Positions 29,195-38,675 are shown, counted from the first letter of the stretch. The stretch: 64,000 bases of DNA from a virus (IMGVR_UViG_643348549_000020), one strand, 5' to 3'. The notes: generated from the sequence alone by a model not told the origin. A program made the numbers and translations.

Positions 29195-29257
29195 GTCAGG
29201 CATAAAACGCCCATCGTTTGGGCAAATTTACCACAGATTCGGGAAAAATCAACAAAG
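29195..29257 (-). promoter_or_regulatory. Candidate late promoter pR' / Q-utilisation region
   Basis: Position immediately after Q stop, sigma70-like hexamers followed by the short-transcript terminator. Confidence 0.3.
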
Positions 29258-30079
29258 CTATCTGGTCACCTTTTTCAGTTGTTGTTCTGCCCATGCTTCT
29301 TCAATATCAAACTGCACCACCAGCGTATCGTAAAAACGTTTAACTGTTTTTTTCCATGTATCAAGAGATATGGCATCGGTTACATTACATATGGCATTAA
29401 ATGCCTCCGTTGAAGGTAATCTTTCATAGCCACGCCCACCACAACGCTGACAGTTTCTGAAAACCGGCACACCCTGTTTTTCCGACTCTTCACGATGAAT
29501 GGCAACACCGCGCCCACGACAATCTTTACAGGCAGTGGATACCTCTCCCTTCCCTCCACACTCCGGACAGGCAACTTTTACCACCTCCCTGACTTTTTTC
29601 CATTCCTCCCAGTAAGACGGATACACGCCTTTTGTGCACTTTGCCCACACTGGCGGCTTACCATCCGGATACTGGATCTTGTTTGTAAAAACCTCGCTTT
29701 CAATAAATTTTTTTCCGTGACAGCAGGGGCACTGTTTTTTGCTCGCCGCGCTACGGGCATAATCTTCAAACGCATACGAAGCCATAATACGCATCACTGC
29801 CGGTTTTATTTCTGCCGGGAGTTTTCTTAACGCCGCCACGCGATCACACCGACTGAGTGCATATTCTGTCAGCAATTCTGTTGCCCGCTCTCTGTCATTC
29901 ATACTAATGCCCATTTTCCCAAGGAACGCAGAAAACCCCATCTCAGCCCGATTCTGTGTCATGCCCTGCGCGGCCATCACATCAGTGATACTCAGCGCAT
30001 CTTTTGACGTTGAGGCCGATGCATCGGTCAGGCCAGGGGATTTTGGGGAGTAGTATTTCGGTAAATCTTCCAGTTTCAT
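29258..30079 (-). CDS. Q: Putative late antiterminator Q (273 aa, multiple CxxC zinc-ribbon motifs)
   Basis: Position between rusA and the late region; CPCCHGKK, CPECGGKG, CKDCRGRG, CQRCGGRG motifs. Confidence 0.5.
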   Translation of the reverse strand: MKLEDLPKYYSPKSPGLTDASASTSKDALSITDVMAAQGMTQNRAEMGFSAFLGKMGISMNDRERATELLTEYALSRCDRVAALRKLPAEIKPAVMRIMASYAFEDYARSAASKKQCPCCHGKKFIESEVFTNKIQYPDGKPPVWAKCTKGVYPSYWEEWKKVREVVKVACPECGGKGEVSTACKDCRGRGVAIHREESEKQGVPVFRNCQRCGGRGYERLPSTEAFNAICNVTDAISLDTWKKTVKRFYDTLVVQFDIEEAWAEQQLKKVTR

Positions 30080-30450
30080 TTTTTGACCTGCCCTTCAAGC
30101 ATTATGGGGTAAATCTTCACCCCCAGACGTCCACCAGATACTGGCTTTCCACGTACAATATTGATTTCATCAAACTGCTCATCGTCCATTAACAACCCCG
30201 CGTGCGTCAGCGCATCCAGCGGTGCTTTCAGGATATTGTCCAGGTCGCGGCGGCGCTTATCCGGTGGCTCTGCAATAATTTTTATTGCCAGCCGTCCGGA
30301 CAGGCTTAATTTCAGTCGCTGCTGGCGAACAATAAGCGCCACTGCCCGGCGATAACGCTTCCCGGCTTTTGATACAAAATATGTGCTGCCACGGCGTCGC
30401 CAGTAAGTGTTCACCGTCGGCGGGTAAGGTAAAACCAAATCTATGAGCAT
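30076..30450 (-). CDS. rusA: RusA Holliday-junction resolvase
   Basis: PDKRRRDLDNILKAPLDALTHAG and GGRLGVKI motifs match RusA. Confidence 0.85.
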   Translation of the reverse strand: MLIDLVLPYPPTVNTYWRRRGSTYFVSKAGKRYRRAVALIVRQQRLKLSLSGRLAIKIIAEPPDKRRRDLDNILKAPLDALTHAGLLMDDEQFDEINIVRGKPVSGGRLGVKIYPIMLEGQVKK

Positions 30451-30462
30451 CAGTCACCTCTT

Positions 30463-31512
30463 TTACCCGAGCACGCCGGTTGCAAAGGCGTGATCAAGAA
30501 AACGAAAAATTAAATCAACCTGAGAACCATGCTTTTCTTCGAACGCCAGCGGATCCGCATGAAGCTCGTTGTGATGCTCCCGACACAGCGGTAGCGTGAA
30601 AATATCGTGAGATTTTGTCCCCATTCCGCCCTGACCATGACCAATCAGGTGATGCGGATCGTCGGCTGGCTTACCACAACACGCACACGGCTGTGTCTTT
30701 ACCCAGCGTGTGTATTTCTCATTTACCCAGCGGCGACGTTTAGGTCGTTTCATGAAGGATTCCGGAGACTCCGGATCAACGGCAATGCTGACCACCGTCT
30801 TTTCCTGTGGTGGGTTCTGTTGCTGGTGGGTGTGAGGCGGTAGCGCAATATTTTTTGTGCGCTGCTTCAGTATGCTGGTGGCGGTCTGTTCTCCCGGTAT
30901 GATGTCGCTTTCACGGTATACGGAGCGGATTTTTTCCGCCGGTAATCCCAGAGAACGACGCGCTACTGCCTCAGGTAGTGCATCCACCACCTGATTGCAG
31001 GCCGCCCACCAGGATAATTCAGCCAGAGATAATTCACGCTCCTGTGCGCCATTCATTGCGTGACGGATGATGTCAATCATCCAGGCGGCCAGATTCTGTT
31101 GAGCAAGTTGATCCAGTGAATCAGATGTCTGCTCCCGCAGCTGGTTGTCGCAGTGCCAGCACAACACCATCGCGCCGGTACCGTAACGGTGAATGACGGT
31201 TTCGCTGTGATGATAATCACCGTGTAGCCACTGGCAGGATTTCACGTGACGTAATAACCAGTCAGACAGTGCACCAGCGCCACCCGCAGCACGGATCACC
31301 CGCTCATCGCTGAAAAATGGCAGTAGTGATTTATCTTCCGCCAGCGGCTGGTGAACGGCAGGTACAACCCCGGACGGCAGAGCTCGCATGCTTTTTGGTT
31401 CCGGCTCCACCAGTATTCTGCCGTTATGGAATGCTGACATTGATTCACGGCCTGGCTTAACGATAACCAGACCGAGTTCCGGTACCAGAACAGGTCGAAG
31501 TAATACCCGCAC
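30463..31512 (-). CDS. DUF968-family protein with HNH-like Cys/His motif (YdfU-like)
   Basis: C-terminal CACCGKPADDPHHLIGHGQGG...HDIFTLPLCREHHNELH; same neighbourhood as ydfU in Qin. Confidence 0.6.
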   Translation of the reverse strand: MRVLLRPVLVPELGLVIVKPGRESMSAFHNGRILVEPEPKSMRALPSGVVPAVHQPLAEDKSLLPFFSDERVIRAAGGAGALSDWLLRHVKSCQWLHGDYHHSETVIHRYGTGAMVLCWHCDNQLREQTSDSLDQLAQQNLAAWMIDIIRHAMNGAQERELSLAELSWWAACNQVVDALPEAVARRSLGLPAEKIRSVYRESDIIPGEQTATSILKQRTKNIALPPHTHQQQNPPQEKTVVSIAVDPESPESFMKRPKRRRWVNEKYTRWVKTQPCACCGKPADDPHHLIGHGQGGMGTKSHDIFTLPLCREHHNELHADPLAFEEKHGSQVDLIFRFLDHAFATGVLG

Positions 31513-31513
31513 A

Positions 31514-31792
31514 TTACCTCCAGATCCGTTGCTGGAATGTGCGGGACGGACGCGGTGGCCGTTCGGAGTAAGGGGGCCTGACGGAGATTATCCAGTGACG
31601 GTAGTCGAGGCTAAGGGCTTTTTTAACCTCGCATCCGCGCCTGCGGTAACACTGAATGAGCCATTCGGCCTGTTCTTCAGTGCATGGGGGATGCTGGTAC
31701 CAGTCAGATTTGAATGCGTGAAAACACCGTCCGCGCCTGCTGGCAAAGACGGCAGAATCATCAGAATTGTGTAGTCTGGAATTTTGCGCCAT
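31514..31792 (-). CDS. Hypothetical protein (92 aa), nin-region
   Basis: ORF, tightly packed with neighbours. Confidence 0.4.
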   Translation of the reverse strand: MAQNSRLHNSDDSAVFASRRGRCFHAFKSDWYQHPPCTEEQAEWLIQCYRRRGCEVKKALSLDYRHWIISVRPPYSERPPRPSRTFQQRIWR

Positions 31793-31861
31793 CGGCTTTC
31801 TCCGGTGGCACAGTGTTACTCAACAGGGGTTCAGCCCTGCGCTGAATTGTAGATGAATTCA

Positions 31862-32122
31862 CTAATCTTCAAAAGCAGAAAAACCAGCCTTAATCCCAGC
31901 TTCTTTCAGAGACGGCAACGATGTGACAAATTCATTTGCACGCAAAATAAAACCATCCGTCACAAGCCCATCCACAAAATGAATTAACGCAGCTCCACTC
32001 TTCCTTTGTTGAGACTGTAAACATTTAATACGGCAGTGGCTGACAATAGCGCCCTTCTCAACGCGCACAGTATAGAGGCCATCTTCACTAAAAATTTCAC
32101 GTAATTCTTCGATTCTCATCAA
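31862..32122 (-). CDS. Hypothetical protein (86 aa), Rem-position
   Basis: ORF; position equals rem in Qin. Confidence 0.4.
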   Translation of the reverse strand: MMRIEELREIFSEDGLYTVRVEKGAIVSHCRIKCLQSQQRKSGAALIHFVDGLVTDGFILRANEFVTSLPSLKEAGIKAGFSAFED

Positions 32123-32339
32123 CAGAATCCTTCCAGATAAATAGCACTCCCCTGTTCGGGGTCCATCCCTCTTCTCCCTGCGCGCTACTTAAGTATTTTT
32201 GATTCTATTCCGGCGCCGTCCGGAACTTCAAACGCGTTGAAAATAAAAACAAAAACCCGCCGAAGCGGGTTAAGTGCGGGTGCGTTGAGGATGCCTGACA
32301 CATCAGAGGTGGCGAGGGATTTCTCCCCCGCCTGGTCTC

Positions 32340-32495
32340 TTACTCCTCAGGTTCGTAAGCTGTGAAGACAGCGACCTCCGTCTGGCCGGTTCGGATTCGT
32401 ACCTCGCAGAGGTCTTTCCTCGTTACCAGTGCCGTCACTATGACGGTTAAACAGATGACGATCAGGGCGATTAGCATCGCCTTTTGCTGCTTCAT
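32340..32495 (-). CDS. hok: Hok-family type I toxin (51 aa); overlapping mok-type leader frame extends to 32552
   Basis: MKQQKAMLIALIVICLTVIVTALVTRKDLCEVRIRTGQTEVAVFTAYEPEE corresponds to HokD/RelF as I recall it. Confidence 0.8.
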   Translation of the reverse strand: MKQQKAMLIALIVICLTVIVTALVTRKDLCEVRIRTGQTEVAVFTAYEPEE

Positions 32496-32740
32496 AGCCT
32501 GCTTCTCCTTGCCTTTCGGCACGTAAGAGGCTAACCTACGTGTGTAGAGCATAGATATGGCCTCAGATTAATGTTAAGCGTCTTGCCGGACGCGTAATGT
32601 TAACTGGGGCTTTTCTCTATCTGCCGTTGGTGTTCATGCCCGAGGCAGATAGCCTCAAGCACCCGCAGCAATTCTACTTAACTCTCGCTTTACCGCAAAC
32701 CGTTTTTACCCGATATGGGAATTCCCATATCGTAATGAAT

Positions 32741-32845
32741 TCAGTTCCCTAGTCGATCCATCAAAAACACAACCAGGCAGTAAACGCCCACAACAGCAAT
32801 AACAGCCAGCGCACCTTCCATTGCCAGTGAAATATCATCCGACAT
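32741..32845 (-). CDS. 34-aa hydrophobic peptide (MSDDISLAMEGALAVIAVVGVYCLVVFLMDRLGN) with strong RBS; not in the ORF track
   Basis: ggaggg RBS 6 nt before ATG; single predicted transmembrane helix. Confidence 0.3.
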   Translation of the reverse strand: MSDDISLAMEGALAVIAVVGVYCLVVFLMDRLGN

Positions 32846-32960
32846 ATTCCCTCCTTTGGTGTGAATCCCGGCGAACGTTTTTACCCCCACCGACAAATAA
32901 CATATACTAAAAAATCAATAGCTATAGCAACGCCTGTAATTGCAAAGGCTTCAGGCCAGA

Positions 32961-33323
32961 TCATTGGCGCACCTCCTGCGGCGGTTCTGGTAGCGGCATC
33001 CAGTGTGACGGTTTCCACGACGCACCAGGAATTATCCACCCATCATTAGCGTCAGGATGCCCCGGGATGTAAGTAGCCAATTTCATTCGCCAGTCACCTT
33101 TCCTGTCAAACTCCACGGCAACAAGAACGGCTGTTTTGGTATTCGGCATTCGCTCACTACAGCTTATCCAACCATCCGGAGTTACCGGAGAATTGCCAGC
33201 CTTGCGCATGGCAATCTCCATGATTTCAACCATATCTCCTGGTGGAATTTTACAATGCTGACCAATATGCCTCTGCTGCCTGGCATATTCGAGGATGTGC
33301 TCCAGCTTGATACGATTAATCAT
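32961..33323 (-). CDS. DUF551-family phage protein
   Basis: C-terminal ...WMPLPEPP motif characteristic of DUF551. Confidence 0.55.
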   Translation of the reverse strand: MINRIKLEHILEYARQQRHIGQHCKIPPGDMVEIMEIAMRKAGNSPVTPDGWISCSERMPNTKTAVLVAVEFDRKGDWRMKLATYIPGHPDANDGWIIPGASWKPSHWMPLPEPPQEVRQ

Positions 33324-33691
33324 GATTTATCTCCCTGAAGCATGGCTTCGCGGCAGTCGTTCCAGCCTTCAGCATAATCACTATACGCAAGAGGCCAACC
33401 GTTTCTGTATTCACGCGGCAACTTATCAGGCACTACCAGCGCTGGCGGCGCGGAGAATAGTGGTTTAGGTGATATTTCCGCACGTTTTGCGTATGCTTCA
33501 ACTGTGTCAGGGTTAAACAGGATTATGTTTTCACCGCATTCCCACGCTATCGGTTCTGCTTCCAGCGATGCCAGTGCAATTTTGAATAACTCGCCCTCTA
33601 CCCGTGCCATCCCTGAATTGGGGTAGCATTTCGCAATCGCTATTTTTAATTTGGCTTCTTCGATTAATTTCTCTTTGGTTAATTCAGTCAC
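33320..33691 (-). CDS. Hypothetical early protein (123 aa)
   Basis: ORF with overlapping start/stop with neighbours. Confidence 0.45.
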   Translation of the reverse strand: MTELTKEKLIEEAKLKIAIAKCYPNSGMARVEGELFKIALASLEAEPIAWECGENIILFNPDTVEAYAKRAEISPKPLFSAPPALVVPDKLPREYRNGWPLAYSDYAEGWNDCREAMLQGDKS

Positions 33692-33726
33692 TTTTCATTA
33701 CCGCCCTTTCGGGCGGCCTCCTGACA

Positions 33727-33939
33727 TTAATCGTTGTGATAACTCATAGCTTCATTTGCAGCATCAACTGGATCAACATCCCACCAGCAATAATTTGGGT
33801 CGACACCTTCAGGTGTCCACGGCTCTAATTCATTTTTTGCCGCATTCTCGTCGCCAGTAATTTTAAAAATCTGCTCTGAGAACTTTTTCACCCACTCGTT
33901 ATATTTTTCAGCGTTAATAACTTTCTGTGCGTTTGACAT
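33727..33939 (-). CDS. Hypothetical early protein (70 aa)
   Basis: ORF. Confidence 0.35.
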   Translation of the reverse strand: MSNAQKVINAEKYNEWVKKFSEQIFKITGDENAAKNELEPWTPEGVDPNYCWWDVDPVDAANEAMSYHND

Positions 33940-33987
33940 TGATATACCTCCGGTTAAGGATTAAATTTTTAACAGAGCTAAATTTAA

Positions 33988-34404
33988 TTATTCAGTTCTG
34001 GATTTTGTCACCCTGCGTATCCGCGCTTTCACGTTACGCTCAATCTGAATTAGCTTTTCTATATTTCTCCGCCTTTCCCGTTCCTCCTGGCGCAAGATCC
34101 TTACATCATCTGCCAGTCTGGTTTCTCTTTTCGCCACAGAGAGCATCCAGTCAAATGGCTCCACAACTGCACCGCAGATTTTACAGCGGACCTGACGCTC
34201 TTTTTCGTCAACCCGAACAGAGGCGTGATGACAATATGCTCTTTCCGATGGCTCATAAAGAAAATTAACCTGATTACGTGGGTCATCCTCTTTTACCGGA
34301 AATAAAACGATATTGCTTAACTCATCTTCTGGTTTTATTTCCATGCTCTTCTCCTTTGATGTGAATGCCAGCGACAATTGAAGCCTGATAGCTAATTCAC
34401 TCAC
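33988..34404 (-). CDS. Hypothetical protein with CxxC zinc-ribbon (138 aa)
   Basis: ORF; HH...CKICG motif. Confidence 0.4.
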   Translation of the reverse strand: MSELAIRLQLSLAFTSKEKSMEIKPEDELSNIVLFPVKEDDPRNQVNFLYEPSERAYCHHASVRVDEKERQVRCKICGAVVEPFDWMLSVAKRETRLADDVRILRQEERERRRNIEKLIQIERNVKARIRRVTKSRTE

Positions 34405-34811
34405 AATACCGCCTCCTGAAAATTGCCCTGATAGAACGCCAGTACACGCAGCATAACTTCACTCTTCCGGCACTCGCCACAGATTATGTTCTGTTGTCTG
34501 TCGTAGCGGCGTATTTCTCCGTCTGGTAACTTTCGAATCAATGTCTGGTCGGTTGTTTTCTCCGCTGCCTTACGCCATACGCGATACACCTGTTCTGATG
34601 TAAAAACACCGTATTTACCGGGCATGTATAAATCGCCGCAAGCCAGTACATCCACAAGGCAACGTCTGACTGAATGCCAGCCTGCTCCCGTCGCTCTCTC
34701 CAGTTGTGATATCGTCATGCGTTCATTTTTGCGTACCAGCCCGATAATTCGGGCCTTCAGTTCTTCACGCTGTTCGTGTGTAAAAGGTTTCGCCATAAGC
34801 GCCTCCGGCAA
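34401..34811 (-). CDS. Hypothetical protein, possible HTH regulator (136 aa)
   Basis: ORF; C-terminal CGEC motif. Confidence 0.4.
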   Translation of the reverse strand: MPEALMAKPFTHEQREELKARIIGLVRKNERMTISQLERATGAGWHSVRRCLVDVLACGDLYMPGKYGVFTSEQVYRVWRKAAEKTTDQTLIRKLPDGEIRRYDRQQNIICGECRKSEVMLRVLAFYQGNFQEAVL

Positions 34812-35648
34812 TCACTTTTCCGACACAATACGACCGGATGAATCGACAATCTGCCGAACAATATCCCGGTGCTTGTTCAGCTCCCGCAGCGCGGCGCAGA
34901 CACGCTCCCACTTCTGAACCTGACCTTTTGCCCGGCGCAGCTCGCGGTTAGCCACATGCAGCGATGGTAAAATCAGACCATCCGGATGTTTTCTGGTGAA
35001 CAACGGCTGTGACTGCACTGTGACCGCCACACTTTCAGTTTTTATTTCTTCCTGTGTTTCCGCTTCCCGGACTGGTAACGCAACACCTGTTGGCTGAGGA
35101 AAGGCTTTACCATCGGTTTCCGTTACCGATGCAGCTTCCGGCTCTGCCGGTAAATCAGCGCCCGGTATGCAGTAACGAAATTTACCGTTCTGATTTACGC
35201 GTGCCAGGCTCCCCGTTGCTGTTACGACCGCCAACGTGGAAGCAACCTTGCGAATGCTAACACCGAACTTATCCGCCAGTTCCTCACACGTTTTAGCCCC
35301 ATCCTGACAGATAAACTCAATCATCATGTCCGCAGTAACTTTTTGTTCGACCTCCCCGGTCAGCACATCCGGTACTTCAGACTGTGCTGGCTGTTCTTCG
35401 GTTACCCCGGATTCACCTTCACCAGCCAGAAACCAGGTGTGACCCGTTTTATCAACAACGCCATTTTTTTTGAGTTCCCACAGTTCGTTGAGAACTTCTT
35501 CACGGCTGATATCAAGCCGCGCCGCCAGTTCAACAGAATTGGCTTTACCCATCGCTTTCAGTGCATGCAATACGGTTCCCATTAAAATTTCCTCCGGATA
35601 AAAATTACTTCTCAAATCAGACAAAACCAGCCGCTTTCCGGCGTTCAT
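34812..35648 (-). CDS. Hypothetical protein with two winged-helix-like segments separated by an acidic linker (278 aa)
   Basis: ORF; repeated helix-turn-helix-like segments. Confidence 0.45.
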   Translation of the reverse strand: MNAGKRLVLSDLRSNFYPEEILMGTVLHALKAMGKANSVELAARLDISREEVLNELWELKKNGVVDKTGHTWFLAGEGESGVTEEQPAQSEVPDVLTGEVEQKVTADMMIEFICQDGAKTCEELADKFGVSIRKVASTLAVVTATGSLARVNQNGKFRYCIPGADLPAEPEAASVTETDGKAFPQPTGVALPVREAETQEEIKTESVAVTVQSQPLFTRKHPDGLILPSLHVANRELRRAKGQVQKWERVCAALRELNKHRDIVRQIVDSSGRIVSEK

Positions 35649-36282
35649 ACTCCTGTTTCAGCAACTCAATTGGCGTTGGTCCCAACGGGCGTTTTGGTGC
35701 CGCCAGTTGTCGCCGTACTGGCGGAACGCTCAGGCCGTTACTAACATGCTTTGCCCATTTCGTCAGCTGCCGTTCTGCAAGCCGTTTTAATTCCCCTTCG
35801 GTCATCTGGCGTTCAATCCCCTTTGAACGCATCTCGAGGCAAATGTGATACAGCACAGGCTGAGGCCACGGATATTTGTCGCTTCCGTTATATCGCCAGG
35901 ACTCATTACGCCAGCGGCGATACTCCTCCATCACAGCATCCACCGTCAGGCCAAATGGATTGGCCCCGCTTTCCGAAATCAGCGCCACAAACTCAGCCAG
36001 GTCCGGAGGCCATGTTTCACCCGCCCGGCAGCGGTCCATGCACTGGCGGCAGACCTGCCGGATTTGCTGCTCAGTCATCGCGCCAATCTGTGCAATCCAG
36101 AGCTTCGAAGGTGCGGCCCCGTTCTTCTGGGTCCAGCGGTTCGAATAAACCTCCCCCATGAGTTCCCACAGCTTCCAGGCCGTTTCCGTCGCTGATAAAT
36201 CCGTTTTCACGTTCCCACTGCTCACGTGCTGCCCGAATTTCCTGAACTGCCCGTGATGCGGTGCCACCTGGTGCTGCTGCAT
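35617..36282 (-). CDS. Replication protein P-like (helicase loader); true start probably internal
   Basis: C-terminal half colinear with lambda P (YPWP...L, ...[11 protein letters not shown]); follows O-like gene. Confidence 0.5.
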   Translation of the reverse strand: MQQHQVAPHHGQFRKFGQHVSSGNVKTDLSATETAWKLWELMGEVYSNRWTQKNGAAPSKLWIAQIGAMTEQQIRQVCRQCMDRCRAGETWPPDLAEFVALISESGANPFGLTVDAVMEEYRRWRNESWRYNGSDKYPWPQPVLYHICLEMRSKGIERQMTEGELKRLAERQLTKWAKHVSNGLSVPPVRRQLAAPKRPLGPTPIELLKQEYERRKAAGFV

Positions 36283-37111
36283 GGTTTACCCCCTTGCTGA
36301 CTGGTTTAACCTGCGCCCTGACGTGATTTACGTGACGGGCGAATTTCTGCTCCCACTGAATCTGCGTAAACACTTTCCCCTCCGCTGCCCAGTAGTCCCG
36401 GAATGCGGTAAGTTCAGCAGGTGTAAATTCTGTCTCCGGCAAAGCCATCCCCCACAACGCAGCCCGTCGTCGAAAATCCCGTGACGGATACCAGCTATCG
36501 GTCATCGGAAATTTTCCGATGGGTTCGCTCAGGCCATCCAGGAATACATGGGGGGCTGCCTGTAACGACAAAACTTCCTGCTCACTGGTCGGAGCACTCT
36601 CGCGTGCGTTATGTGTGGGGTTTAGATCTTTGGGTTCCTTTGGGTTCCGTGATCCGTTTTTGGGTGTCTTTGATGGAAAATTTGGGTGTCTTTGGTTATT
36701 TTCCATGCAACAAAGAGTTCCGTTTTTGGGGCTCTTTTGTGCTGAAACATAACCGTTTTCGGTACTGTTTTTATTAACAGCACCAATTTTACCCACCTTT
36801 AAAGACACCCGTTTTTGGGTGTATTCAGGCTCGGCAACACTTTCTTCTACACCGATAAGTCGGTACACCACAATTTGCTTTGTTCTGCCTTTTCTCTCAC
36901 CGGTATCAACAATTAACCCAATCTCCATCAGGTGTCGTAAGCTGTCCTGCACAGTCTTTTTGTTCAGTTCCGTTACTTCTGCCAGTGCAGATACAGACGG
37001 GTATGCACACAAATCGGCACCGCACATATCAGCAAGCCAGGTCAATACAGACTTACTGGATGAACTGCCGGTTTTCACCTTTTTAGCCCATCGTAGTGCA
37101 TCGATACTCAT
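36071..37111 (-). CDS. Replication initiator O-like (N-terminal wHTH, repeat-containing linker, DnaT-like C-terminus), start at internal ATG
   Basis: HTH N-terminus; iterons lie inside the gene as in lambda O. Confidence 0.55.
   Translation of the reverse strand: MSIDALRWAKKVKTGSSSSKSVLTWLADMCGADLCAYPSVSALAEVTELNKKTVQDSLRHLMEIGLIVDTGERKGRTKQIVVYRLIGVEESVAEPEYTQKRVSLKVGKIGAVNKNSTENGYVSAQKSPKNGTLCCMENNQRHPNFPSKTPKNGSRNPKEPKDLNPTHNARESAPTSEQEVLSLQAAPHVFLDGLSEPIGKFPMTDSWYPSRDFRRRAALWGMALPETEFTPAELTAFRDYWAAEGKVFTQIQWEQKFARHVNHVRAQVKPVSKGVNHAAAPGGTASRAVQEIRAAREQWERENGFISDGNGLEAVGTHGGGLFEPLDPEERGRTFEALDCTDWRDD
36625..36830. repeat. Iteron array, candidate replication origin inside the O-like gene
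   Basis: At least five copies of a TTTGGGT(G/T)(T/C)C(T)TTG-type motif followed by an AT-rich stretch. Confidence 0.45.
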
Positions 37112-37634
37112 ACGAACCCCTGGCAGATATTTGTTTATCTGCAAAGTAATATTGATACTGCTGACGATACGCATGCTTGAAAGCAATAGCTTTTTCTATA
37201 AGCTCGTCAGTCTCACGTTCCACAACAGCTGGATCCGCAAAAAGCAGCCCGGACTCCACCACATCGCCATATTCTTTGTTTAATCCGGCGATCATGTACG
37301 TAATGCTTTTTCCATCACTGATCTCACGATACAACCTGAAATCACTAATTCGGATAGCCTCCATAATTGCCGGAATCAGCGCCGTGAATTTTTCCCGCTT
37401 ATCCCTGGTGTCGATAGCTTTCCAGCGTTCGAATATCTTCACCCGGTTAACGCCCAGCGCCCGTTGATCAACCTCGCCATCATTAAACGTGACGCGTTGA
37501 ACATCGATGTTCGGGCGTTCTTTCAGAGCCCAGAATGCTTCCGTGATTAATATCGTCGCCTGCTCCTGTGTCATTCCTGGTCGACATACCCAGGCATCCA
37601 GAGCCTCACAAACCTGTTCAGGGGTGATTTTCAT
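37083..37634 (-). CDS. Hypothetical protein (183 aa) in the cII position between cro-like and O-like genes
   Basis: ORF only. Confidence 0.4.
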   Translation of the reverse strand: MKITPEQVCEALDAWVCRPGMTQEQATILITEAFWALKERPNIDVQRVTFNDGEVDQRALGVNRVKIFERWKAIDTRDKREKFTALIPAIMEAIRISDFRLYREISDGKSITYMIAGLNKEYGDVVESGLLFADPAVVERETDELIEKAIAFKHAYRQQYQYYFADKQISARGSYEYRCTTMG

Positions 37635-37845
37635 TGTTCAACCGCCCCGCCCGCTTTGCCTTACGATATTCGTCATAAACTTTGGGGTCGTACTGAAGTT
37701 CCCCGCCGGATGCCTCTTGCAGGCGCATCGCGCGACCTTCAGGAACCAGTTCCCCCCATTGAGAAACAGCAGATGGATCAACACCAGCAGCTTTCGCTAC
37801 TTTGGCTTTCGTCCCATAAAAATTAATTACGTCTGATTTAAACAT
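37618..37845 (-). CDS. dicC: Cro/DicC-like small HTH regulator, divergent from dicA
   Basis: Divergent orientation to the DicA-like repressor; HTH AKAAGVDPSAVSQW. Confidence 0.6.
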   Translation of the reverse strand: MFKSDVINFYGTKAKVAKAAGVDPSAVSQWGELVPEGRAMRLQEASGGELQYDPKVYDEYRKAKRAGRLNNENHP

Positions 37846-37858
37846 CACCCCTCCAAAG

Positions 37859-37873
37859 TTGAGTTTTCTCAAT
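37859..37873. promoter_or_regulatory. Operator-like motif TTGAGTTTTCTCAAT in the dicC-dicA divergent promoter region
   Basis: Same 12-bp core recurs at 38392-38404 and inverted at 38428-38438. Confidence 0.4.
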
Positions 37874-37922
37874 AGTAATCACTCAAGGAATCTCAAGTCA
37901 AGGGTGATTAAGATATCTAAAT

Positions 37923-38330
37923 ATGAACGAGAAAACTTTAGGTCAACGAATTAGAGAAAGACGCAAACAGGTTGGTTTAAGTCAAAACGATTTAAGCAAA
38001 GCCGCTGGCGTATCTGGCTCATCAATTTCACTATGGGAAAGCGACCATACAGCCCCGCGCGGGCAAAATTTGCATCGCCTGGCTGAGGTATTGCAATGTT
38101 CACCAACTTGGATACTGTTTGGTGACGAGGATAAAACACCAGATCCACCAGTTGCACTCAACAGCGCCTTAGACTTATCGGAAGATGAGTTGGAGATGTT
38201 GCGATTGTATCGCGCACTTCCAAAATCAGAGCAGCAAGCACAAATCAGCGAACTCCGTGCCCGCGTTGAGAATTTTAATCGCCTATTCACCGAGCTACTA
38301 GAAGCTCGCAAACGTAACAAACATCAGTAA
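37923..38330 (+). CDS. dicA: DicA-like XRE-family repressor (135 aa)
   Basis: VLQCSPTWILFGDEDK and ELRARVENFNRLFTELL correspond to K-12 DicA as recalled. Confidence 0.65.
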   Translation: MNEKTLGQRIRERRKQVGLSQNDLSKAAGVSGSSISLWESDHTAPRGQNLHRLAEVLQCSPTWILFGDEDKTPDPPVALNSALDLSEDELEMLRLYRALPKSEQQAQISELRARVENFNRLFTELLEARKRNKHQ

Positions 38331-38391
38331 CCCCCTTCACAAATTTTAAAGCCTTACATTTCAATGTATTGGCTTTATTTTGCATTAAATA

Positions 38392-38438
38392 TTGAGTTTT
38401 CTCATTAAAAATACTTGACCAACATTCATGAGAAAACT
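38392..38438. promoter_or_regulatory. Second operator-like pair (direct and inverted copies of GAGTTTTCTCA) with TTGACC -35-like hexamer, upstream of ydfA-like gene
   Basis: Seen directly. Confidence 0.4.
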
Positions 38439-38519
38439 AAATTACCACCCATCAAGACACCGCACGGTGTTCTCAGCAAACAGTTCCGCTACCCGGCGTT
38501 AAGGGGAAATGAGGTCAGC

Positions 38520-38675
38520 ATGGATACTATCGATCTTGGCAACAGCGAATCTCTGGTATGTGGCGTGTTCCCCAACCAGGACGGCACGTTCACCGCGATG
38601 ACGTATACCAAAAGCAAAACGTTTAAAACCGAAAATGGTGCCCGTCGCTGGCTGGAAAGAAACTCAGGTGAGTGA
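38520..38675 (+). CDS. ydfA: YdfA-like small protein (51 aa)
   Basis: RBS aagggg then ATG; position and size match ydfA downstream of dicA. Confidence 0.5.
   Translation: MDTIDLGNSESLVCGVFPNQDGTFTAMTYTKSKTFKTENGARRWLERNSGE

Noticed and set aside
37083-37634. Assignment of the 183-aa ORF as CII or as a YdaT-like toxin
   Set aside because: Position suggests a cII-type function but I cannot recognise any family signature; left as hypothetical.
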